In this document: one piece after another, positions 1-10,700 of the stretch
Numbering within the stretch: the first letter of the stretch is position 1
Layout of the letters: the number at the start of each line of letters is the position of its first letter
Source of the DNA: Azolla caroliniana
Lineage: Eukaryota; Plantae; Polypodiophyta
DNA: 36,573 nt
Direction: 5' to 3'
Assembly (NCBI GenBank): GCA_043228905.1
Contig: JBHGNT010000306.1
Coordinates: 1 to 36,573, forward strand
Position numbers and translations under genes: made by a program
Notes under the pieces: model-generated
Databases searched by the model: none
Told to the model about the DNA's origin: nothing
The model's input: only the letters and a program-made list of their open reading frames with translations

Positions 1-122
1 AAGTCATCATATTGATTCCAATTTTGACATTTTAGCGTGTACAAGGCAAAATATGTCACATTCAAGAATGTGAACTAATTGTACAGAAGCAACCATGCGC
101 ATAGCAAAGAAAAAGGACTAAC

Positions 123-1569
123 ATCTAAAGGTGAGTGACCATGAGGATAGATGGACGTCTGTCACAATCAGTGAGAAAGAGAGAATATAAAAACATTCTT
201 AGTTCCTAATATATGTTTCTTAGAATTCTTTGCTTTTCTCAAAGACTTATCACTGCTATATGCTGATGATGTTTTACTCGTTTACAACACTCATAAGGGA
301 TTTTCAATAGCATCTATATGATCTCAATGACTGTTGATAGAGCTCTCATAGTGAATCTCGAGCAAACTAAGTTATAATGTCTAACAACTCAGTAGCATGG
401 GTCACAAAATTTGAGAATTATTTCATCTTTGGAGAAGCACTGGTTAATATGTTCATTGGTATCTTTACTTGGGCATTACCTACAAAGAGCAACAATTCTC
501 CTTGTATATGACATCAGAAGCTTAGTCATGATGCGCATATGTAGCTCTAGGACAGTAGAGAGAGAATGCATATACATATTGGGAAGGGGTAGGAACAGGA
601 TTATTGAACTGGAAAACTGATTAAACAACTAACTCACATCGATACTAAATATGGTCATTAGGATAGAGTTAGGGGAAACATCAAGGGAATGCTCTTTGTT
701 TGCCTACCTTAGTTTCTCATTTCGTTTGGTTCTAAAATGCCTGGTTTTATTATCCCACTACATGTTATAGTGATTGCTGGTCCTACTTATCATATTGTCT
801 CCCCAAAATATTTTGATATGTGAACATATCACCTCTCTTTTTCTCAACGACACTTGTAGACCTCGCCACAACTCTAAGTTAAGTTGATTTCAACCACTTA
901 CGACAAGTTTTCTTACTTCTTAGGCCAGATTAGCTTTGAGACATTAAGAATCAAATGTTAAAACAAGCCATGTAAGTAACACCATGCACAACTATATCCA
1001 ATGTATATTCAATGAAGGTCATTGACTACACTAAACTTGGATGTTTCTCGATCACCATCTCATGCACAAGGTTGAAATCCCAATTGCCAAATAAATGCCC
1101 ACTCTCTCTATTACACACCAGATTAATCACACCAGCAGATCCATACAAATTAATTGACAATACACATTATATTATTCAGACAATCTGATAATGGAAGGAG
1201 AAAAAAACGCATTGGAGAGGTAGAAGAACACTTACAGTCTTCACTGATGTTGGCTTGACAGGGCTTGAGATCATGACGACGGCTCCACACATCAGGAAGA
1301 AACACTCCAGGAAGAGGAGGAGGTGAAGAAGAAGAAGGATAAGACTTATTCAGAGGAAGCCCAAAAGCTATGGCTTCTGACGAGGCTCTAGAAGTGAAGA
1401 AAGATCGCAAAGGAAGAGGAAGCAGAAGAGGAATGCATCGACGAAGTGTTTGATTCTGAAGATGGGAAGGATGAGAGAGGAATCCTGATACGTGTGGTGG
1501 GGAGGCTATAGTTTCGAACATTCTTCTGCTCCTGTGTCTGATCCGATGGATTCTTCGCAGCAGATTCAT
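123..1569 (-). CDS. 5' exons of an unidentified gene, probably with an organellar transit peptide; gene continues beyond the left edge
   Basis: Exon 1 is 1569..1236. It is R/S/L/P-rich and acid-poor (MNLLRRIHRIRHRSRR...LRSFFTSRASS) and ends at GAAGACT|GTAAGT. Candidate exon 2 is 158..123 (pyrimidine tract + ACAG, 36 nt, YVHLSSWSLTFR, GTTAG donor) and keeps phase. Telo-boxes lie just upstream at 1655-1677. No recognisable domain in the window. Confidence 0.55.
245..580 (+). mobile_element. Degenerate LINE reverse-transcriptase fragment in intron 1 of the left gene
   Basis: LLYADDVLL (YADD at 259-270), then a VNLEQTK segment (VNLxKTK-like) and YLGIT, in the order expected for a LINE RT. Broken by stops and frameshifts. 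Confidence 0.75.
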
Positions 1570-1767
1570 GAGGGGCAGGGGAAGGAGGAGGAGGCCATTG
1601 ATCCTTCCTTCACAAAGGGAGTAGTGAGAGGGGAAGGGTTTGGAGAAGAAGCTCTAGGGTTTTCATCCAAACCCTAATGATTTCAAAAAAGCCCAACACC
1701 AAGAGATTATTGATCCCATCCATCGGACCGCTAACCCGACATAAACCATGAGTACCGATCCACCACC

Positions 1768-2082
1768 CGATCGATCATTTGTAAGTACGAGAACCCGTTT
1801 CTCGAACAAATGTTTCACTAGTTTGGTAACTAGGAGCATTGACTCATGAACAGATAATCCTTGATGGTTTAGCGCTCGAATCGATCATTGGTAAGTAGGA
1901 GAACCCGCTCCTCGAACAAATGCTTCAGTAGTTTGGTAACTAGAAGCATTGCCTCATGACCGATAATCCTCGATGGTTTCGCACCTGATCAATCATTGGT
2001 AAGTAGGAGAACCCACTTCTCAAACAAATGGTTCAATACTTTGGTAATTAGGAGCATTGACTCATGACGGATAATTCTCGAT
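1768..2082. repeat. Tandem repeat, ~109 bp x 3
   Basis: Anchor GTAAGTA(C/G)GAGAACCC at 1781, 1891 and 1999. Units align along their whole length. Confidence 0.9.
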
Positions 2083-3114
2083 TAGAATAGTACGTGACTG
2101 GCAACATTGATCATCCATCACAAAGTGCCTGATTGGATGTCATTGGCGGCACATCGATTCCTCAAACAACAATGGTGAGGCTACTATGCATTGCTCAAAT
2201 GTTTGATGAATCAAAACCATCGGTAGAATGAACAAAATATAGGGTGCTTGAGATTGCAATCCAAAAAGAAAACACCAACTCCTGAACTGAGTAGATTTCT
2301 CTGATGCCCCCATTACAAGTTCTAATGGTATGATGTTGATGCAATGCCACACTGGAACAATATCTTCATTTTAGTAAATTCAATTCTCCATTTCGGCACC
2401 TACATTTTCATAGTTCCCCCAAATATCCTTAAGCAACTCTAGAAAGAGGGAAGAGATTTACTGTAAAATTGCTCAATGTGCCACATATACTTGAGAACAA
2501 GGGAATGAATTAACCATATCATTACACAGAAAACTAAATAAGAAGCATTTGGGTGGAAGATGGAGAAGAGAACAAATTGGAGGTAGTTCAGACTGTTACA
2601 TGAGAACAACTCATAGGTATTTTATTTCTTCATAAATGGAAGTTGCTTCTACAAAGTACTTCTGTGAAGAATTGTTGTTGGCTATCTATCGGTATAATGC
2701 CTTCAATAGAATGTTTGACCTGTGGTACATTTTTCATTTGGGCAGTAATGAATAACTAGTCAAGTGATGATGAATACCCATATGCGAGTCATGCAAGAAT
2801 CCATAATAACAATTCATTTGTAGCAATAAGTATTTTGCCCATATTTACATATCTAGACTTCATTTTTTATAGTTGACCATTTAGCTATTTGCTTTGACAG
2901 TATTGTTACATTTGACCACGAGACTCGAAATTTTGAGCTTCAACTTTCAAGGGAATGAGATGAATACACAAGCTTTTGTTAATGATGCTCAATTTCACGG
3001 TGATAAAACATGCAATAATTCTTCTTCCTCAAACGAAACTTGTGAATTCATAACTGATTTTGATTACTCCCTACATGTTGCATTCGGACTTTTTGCTTGC
3101 TGGGCAAATTCATC

Positions 3115-6100
3115 TCAACCATCCTGTTAAAGCATCCAGCAAAAAGAATATTAGATAAATAATTAAATATGCCTTTAGTAAGTCCAAGAATGGTCTTATT
3201 TTTCTGAAATTAATTATCTGGCTGCCAATCATATAATACCTCAAATTTAAGTTTAGCATCTGGACTGAACGTTTTGCACAGGATTTCATATGAACAATCT
3301 GCCCAAACCTTCAATAAAAATGGAAGAAATATAAAAGACAACATAAAATATTTTATCAATTCATGGATGCATGCTGTGACAAAAAAATAGAGATCCTAAA
3401 AATATAAAAGAAACTGAAAGAACCAAATTTAAAAGCTAAATGACAAGATTTGCACAATATTTCTATCCATACTCATGTTTATATTCGTAACCCCTAAACT
3501 ATCACTCTCGACATCCCATACATATATTTTTGAAACAAATGTTGCTGGTGGCAATCCCTTGCTTGATATGGACGCTAAATGTGGCTGGGATGCTGAAGAC
3601 ACACGGTATTCAATAGTTTTCCAATTAAAGATGTTGTCTCGTGGACATCACTAATAACAGGATATGCAATATTCATTGTAATAGTGGACTATTTTGTATA
3701 CTGCCTTTGACCACTTTAATTTTAATACCAATGGAGGATATATTTTATTGAAAAAGAAACCAGGTTATCAATCACTTGCTATTCTATATGTCTGTCTCCC
3801 GTGTATTGGGTTTTTGTTTTGGGAAAGACAGTCAAAAACATGAATCAGAAGTGTTAAGAACTTACAATGTGTATCCGAGACAAGTGAGCAAGAAGAATCA
3901 TTGTCCTTAACCAGTTCTTCTAACATTCTAGAGAAAGCATTTTCATTTATGCATGAATTTCAGGGGAAGTGAATATACCACAGGATCCACTCTGGAGGGA
4001 GAATGATTAGAAACCTTATAACTGCAAAAGAAACACTCAAGTAAAATAAATAAAGTGGATGCAAGCCTTTATATAATGCATAAAAATTATAAACAAAAAA
4101 CTCTAAACACACTATTTATATGTTTTGGGATTCATACCTCAACTTCTATGCAAGTCTTCACGACTTGAAAGAAAAAATGCCAATGATGTAAACTATGAAC
4201 ACATACCTTTAGGTTTTCGGAATCATTACCTCAATTTACCCTTGTAGAAGTCCATAGCTCCAATATTCCTATTCTGGACAGTGAGCAATACAGCCTTCAT
4301 CGTATTCTGCAATATCGCAAAGCAGCACACAAAGAGTGGGATACTGGAATAAATTATTTTTGAAAAACTTTGCCATTGATGTAAGTCATACAAAGGACTT
4401 AAATATCAGCAAATCATACAATGCCCACACCTCTGCATGCAATGACCTCTAGCAATTGCACTAACTGAGTACATTAAAGATGGAGACTTTCCTCATAGTT
4501 ATATAAGAAACCTATATCTTTATGTAAGTCTAACAAAAAGCTTGAATTATTGTTTAACAAAGAACTTATATGTATTAGCAAGGGTTCTAGGACAAACACC
4601 TTGCATGCAATAAGCTCCAGCAATTGCATAAGGAACTTCCCCAATCCTTTTCCTTGAACACACTTTTCAAGTTGTAACTCATACACATATAAAACAGGAA
4701 AATCCTCTTCCACAACAAATCGATAGTGTACAAAGGCAACCACTGGTGACCCAAGACCTTCCTGAACACCAAGTTTTCCTCTCTTACTTGAAAGAATAAC
4801 ATCAGAATTTATATCTTTCATGATATGTTCTCTTTCATCCAGTCTTACAACAATATACAATGCATCTTCTTCTACCATCTCCCTACGCTTCACCTTCTCC
4901 TCTTTAGGCCATTCAACACCATAGGCATCCTCCATGTTGATCTGCTGAGACATCAAAAGAGGAAAATCCAAATATATATCATACAAAATTAAGATCGCAG
5001 AAAACAAATAATGGAAATCCAAATATGGGTTATAGACAGATAAATGAAAAACAAAAAAAGAACCGAAAACAAGCATGCAGACCCAAATATATGACATAGG
5101 AAAAAACCAAAAACTAAGATTATAATCATAGAATTAGTACAAGGAACCCACAGGGTGGAAAACGAGCAAGCCAAACTCATATCTCCAACAATGGCATATA
5201 TAATGAACTTAAATGTTGCTCATATACACTGCCACCTCAAAATACACATAGAATCATTTGATTTGGAGATAATCTCCTTCGATATTAAGATATGAATGCA
5301 TACATGCGTAAACATACACATACATCATGCATACATGCGTATATATGCTTGCAGAAACATTGGTCATCTATTTTTAAGAAAAAAAAAGAGAGTCCTTTAC
5401 GTGCCTTTAGAATGTCTTGAAATATTTGCTGCATAGGTTTGGAAAGCAATGGGCCAGAGGTTGATTCCAGAGTAACAGAAACACCTGAAAATCTAATCAA
5501 ATGACATTAGTGATCTCTCAAATTGGTTGATTTATTAAGTAAATGGATAGATTACAACTTGAATACATGAATTCAACTCAATGACATGAGACAATCACCC
5601 CATCACTACTAATCTTGCAATCACTAAATTCCACTCAAATACCTCATTATGAGGACCCATGCCATATCTATCAAATGTGAACTACAGCTTTCTCCTCAGG
5701 TATATGAGACAAATTACCATTACTACAAAAAATCTCACAACCACTGAATTCCACTTGGATAGTATATGAGCGATAAATGTAGTCCATTACAAGAATACAT
5801 GAATTCAACTCGATCGCATGAGACAATGATCCAATTACTACTAGTCTCCCAGCTATTACCATTACAGTCAAATTTGAAATTATGTTGAACAATACCAATC
5901 GTTACCATTACTATCAAAATTATTCTTTTGACAACCAATGAGTTCTTCTGGAATATACGAGACCTGAGCTTATGATTACAATAAAATTTGATACGATCAG
6001 AAATTCTCTCCAAATTGTCATCGAAGCTTATTATTTCACCCATTGAATATATGACAGAACTATGCTCACCATTACTGTTATATTGTATCAGCTCGGGAAC

Positions 6101-6410
6101 TTCTAGAAGATGATCCACTCTCCTGTAAGCCTCTCTAATGGCTTCATCAATAGCCTTCTTTTTGGCAAGCTCCTATACAAAAACAGAGAGATGAAAAAAA
6201 GCAGAGAAAACCTTGTGAGCATTAAAAAAAAACTAGAAACATTTCACCATATACACCAAAGTTCACCATGAAAAGATAAAAGCAGCGGAAAGTGATACTC
6301 TTGAGAAGAAAATACACCGTACATCTTTAATAAAATGTCTGTGTGGGATTTACCTCCTTTCTCCTCAGCTTCTTTTCATGGGCAGCAACAATCTGCTTCG
6401 TCTTTTCCAT
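3115..6410 (-). CDS. NAA40: N-alpha-acetyltransferase 40 (NatD, histone H4/H2A N-terminal acetyltransferase), ~259 aa
   Basis: Exons 6410-6354, 6172-6070, 5484-5405, 4941-4600, 4306-4230, 4021-3979, 3308-3240 and 3123-3115 join in frame (780 nt). NAA40/GNAT motifs: NMEDAYG..W, FVHYRF..EE..PVLYVYELQL, QGKGLGKFLM (acetyl-CoA motif), VLLTV..N..AM.FY, SPS, YEILCKTF. Confidence 0.93.
5565..5860. repeat. Decayed ~116 bp tandem repeat in NAA40 intron 2
   Basis: ATGAGACAA...C(C/A)AT(T/C)ACTAC at 5587, 5704 and 5818. ATGAATTCAACTC recurs at 5567 and 5799. Confidence 0.65.
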
Positions 6411-6429
6411 GACACTAACAAGACAAGAG

Positions 6430-6476
6430 GATTAGGTTAGGGATTAGGGATTAGGGCTAGGGCTAGGGCTAATTAG
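6430..6476 (-). promoter_or_regulatory. Telo-box-like (CCCTA[A/G])n cluster just upstream of the NAA40 ATG
   Basis: The + strand reads gattaggttagggattagggattagggctagggctagggct, starting 20 nt upstream of the start codon. Confidence 0.55.
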
Positions 6477-7765
6477 AGTCAAAATATGCTAAGTTAAGGT
6501 TATGGCTCTTCACATTTGAATCAAGGTTTTTTCTTTAGCTTAAATGTTGTTGAACTCAGCTAAAAGAAGAAGAACATTATGTCCAACAATGGAATCAAAG
6601 TTATGGGATGGTCTTCGATTCCATACGACACATCATGGTATGCCAGGGGTGGTGGTCTTTTCATACGACGACGACAAAGTAGGAGTAATATATCGTTGCA
6701 ATTTGGTCCTTACAAAGCTCACGAAACCCCAAAAGCTAGAGATGGATTCTAGGTATGAATCTTTTTCACTACAAATGATGGCAAAGCTGAGCCACACTTG
6801 GAAGGAACTCAATCTTCCCCCAAAATCAGAAACCTTTTAAGAGGGGTGTCTTTATATGTTGTCGACAACCAAGAATGGTACATATCATAGGGTACATTAA
6901 GTATGGCATGATGTTTAGGGTAGTAAGATAGGGATGCTCGTCTTTATTTCGTGTACATGTAAAACAAATATGTTACTTGTTATAGATTTTTTAATCATTT
7001 AAGAAAAGATACTTGTGTTCCAAAGGTATTTTAGTCTAGCCTAAAATGTTGTAATTATAAATTACATGTGGCCTTGGTCGAGATCTTTTAATGTTAATAC
7101 ATCATATATAAGCCTACTCCACAAACATATTTTTGCAGCCTCAATACCATGCCCTTTTTCATCCATATTTTCGTAAACCTTGTCTACCATCCATCATGTC
7201 ATGCGATGGGCCCAACCCAATACCTAAAGCTACCACTATTCCTGAGTAAAAATAACATTATCACAACAATGGGACACAAATCAACCCAGCCAAAGACTAT
7301 TTTTCGTTATTTTCTAATGGACCTGGTAAGAACATTTTCCTCACCATGTCAAACTCAAAACCAAGACTAAATTCAGCATACTTGAAATATAGCTTCTATG
7401 TTACCTAGATAACCAGGCATTGCACAAACATGCATGGGTTTGAGCATGACTTGCAAGGAGTTTCCATAAAAATAGCACATATATCTCATTAATGGCATGT
7501 ATTCATGCCAGATAATCAAAAAAATATGTAGGATTTCTTGATAAATGATATCACTGAATTTCTAAAATAGACACCACAAGTACATTGCCAATTTGGAAAT
7601 AATCATCAAATACAATGTAGAATTCTGTACAGAAATGATGTTTGCATGGAATATTGACGATACAAGTTAAATATATATATCAGAAGCACACACTCGTGCC
7701 AGTTCAAGCAAAATACAACACATACACATATATACATATTTGGGTAATTTCTTTTTGGGGCGACT

Positions 7766-10700
7766 TCAACAAGAGAATAACTCATGCAAGGCACCATACA
7801 AGGGGTCAGCTGCCCTGGGAAGTGGAATAGAGCCAAAGAGTATGTCGTCCGGTGTCAAATAGGTATCTCCGTAGAAGCGAGCGTTCACATCTGCCCGAGG
7901 CCCCACCATATTACCCTCTAATGATACTCCAACAAATGCACCTGCAAATAAGAAACAATAGTCCTTTCCTTTTAGCAAAGGCCCTATGAAAAGTTTTTAA
8001 TAGATTTTATGCTAAAAAAGAGAGAAGAGAAACCATTCTATTTTAACCCATCTTTCCCCTTTACATTTTTATTTTGTTGCATGTGTAAGGACAACTGCAA
8101 TCCAAAATAATCTAGTGGGCTATCATCCTCATCATTCAACACTCAAGACTTTCATTTTGTAATGCTGTTAAAACTCTTCGTGGGTGTGACTACATTAGGA
8201 TTGTATAAAACTTGAGGTTCCCTACAATTTTGTAATATTTTCTTTGCTCTATCATAAACATGGCTATATAAAGCCTGACCACCCACACATATTGTGTTGG
8301 CATATACATCAATGAGATATCCTTCCCCTAATGCTATCAAATTTTAGAATGTGACTCAAGCCAACCCATGTATTAGCATAGCATGTGTCTTGATGAGAAT
8401 AGAAATTTAAGCATTTATTCCATGATGGTGCTCGACCTTAGAGGGCATCCCTTTAGAGCCACATGAATACGATTGGTATAAGCCTGAACTTCCCCTATGC
8501 ATTTGGCATGTACTATCACAACCCCATGGGTATATTTATAATTCATATATAACCATCAGATGTCAAGGGTCTTCGGTAAAATGATACACATGAATATGAT
8601 TGGTACAAGCCTGAACTCCATGTAGTCACAATTATCACAAATCTTCGTCCAACATATGATATATGATTATAGAGGCCCTATGTCGTAACATATATGCCTT
8701 CAGAAGTGTCAAAAACTTAGTGGATATGATTGTTGAAGCCCAATGTCTTAACATACCTTGACTACAACTATATGTGTAGCATGCAGCTGCACCCCCAGTA
8801 CCAACACGTAAGTCCACCTCCGCAGCTCTGCCAAGCGGCCCTGCACATGCACTTACTCCAGCTCCGATTGACACGTGTAAACGCCCACTAAAGGCTTTCA
8901 CTGCTTTGATGGAGCGGAGAACAATAATAAAATCAATCAGCTCTCCACCTGCCTGATTCACCAAATAGACATTTCTTAAGTGTGTGTATATATATAACAA
9001 TTGAAAGAAAGGATATAAGAGAAATGTGTGTTTTGAGATAGTTGAACCCTTGCCATGTATGCCACAGGTCAGGAGTTCCATCCTGAAATGGCATGGACAA
9101 GACAACCTTATCTTGGAGTTGGTTCTCCAGAGGTTTTTAAGATACTCTAGAACGTTTACTCTCATTTCACTGTTTTAGAAACTAGGGTCACGTGATATTA
9201 CCATTCTAGAATATTTTAGAAACTCATAGAGTTTGAGGATCTTTCATGCTACGGTCACCATGTTCATCTGGACGGTAGGACCAATTAAAATATGTATAAA
9301 TATATGTACATATAACAATCCTAACAAATATCATGCAAATGCTCTCTCAACGGCATGGATATATCAATTAACAGCCTTCAAATGCTTGAATACCTTTCAC
9401 AAACACACGTTAATTACCAATAATCAAATCGTGTAACCACCTACCATATATTGTGCCCATAGAATGAACCATACGTATCATACGTGCATTCGCATTCGAG
9501 AATGATTCAATCAAACGTGTATGGTAAATAATCTCAAAGTTGGATTGGATTGACTATGGTCTATATTATATATTGATTCACTCTCAATCCCAATAGGTGG
9601 ACTCTAATCCATTGTGAACCACCAACATAAGTATGGTTGCAATATTTGCATTGTATCACATGCATACTTTTGGGATGCTTCTTAAGAATCAAGACATCTC
9701 TATCATCCTCACTTTAGAACTTTACAAAAAAAATGAGTATGAACTATAGAGATTGAATCAAAATGTCATTATAACTTATAATCAAACGTTCAAAAACTCA
9801 TAAAACGTATATTGGAGAATATGAAGAAAACATGACATAGGCAGTAGTAGCATAACAACTTACCACTAGGGTGAGCTAATTTCTAATAACAAAGAAAGAA
9901 AAAAGAAACGATAAAAAACTCATAAAACGTATATTCGAGAATAGGAAGAAAACATGACATAGGCAATAGTAGCATAACAACTTACCACTAGGGTGACCTA
10001 ATTTCTAATAACAAAGAAAGAAAGAAAGAAAGAAAGAAAAAAGGAATATGACACTAACATAAAATTTTGCCATGACATAGGCAATACTACTATAACAACT
10101 TACCACTAGGGTGAGCTAATTTCTAATAAGAAAGAAAGAAAGAAAAAGAACAAAAAGGAACGTGACACTTAACATAAAATTTTGCCATGACACTAACAAG
10201 AGGATATGAGAAAGTTAGGAATTGAACCCAAGACACAAGAAATAGTAGCACGGCAACTTACCACTAGGTTGTGCTTAGTTCTAATAATAAGAAAAGAAAA
10301 GAAAAGAAACTATTATAACACTAACATAAAATTTTGCTATGACATGGTACTAATGAGAGAGAGAGAGAGAGATGAGAAAATTGGGAATTGAACCCAAGAC
10401 ATGGACAGCAATAGCATGACTGCTTACCACTAGGGTGAGCTGAATTTGTAATGAATAAATGAAAAAAGAGAGAAAAAAAAGGAGCACACATTTTTCCCTT
10501 TTCAAAGGTGTTTGTTTCCAAACGTTTGAATGCTTGCACGAACACAAATATTACATTCTATGATTGTGCCATTTGAATTAATAAACCTATTTACCTTCTT
10601 AAATAAGTACATATACACAAAAGAATGTACATACCTGTAAGCCCCATCCTAAACCACCAGACATTATGGAGACCGGAGGAGACCAACTACCATCTCCTCT

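Noticed and set aside
6544-6840. 98-aa plus-strand ORF divergent from NAA40
   Set aside because: No recognisable motif or splice support. Possibly a TE relic, but not assignable.
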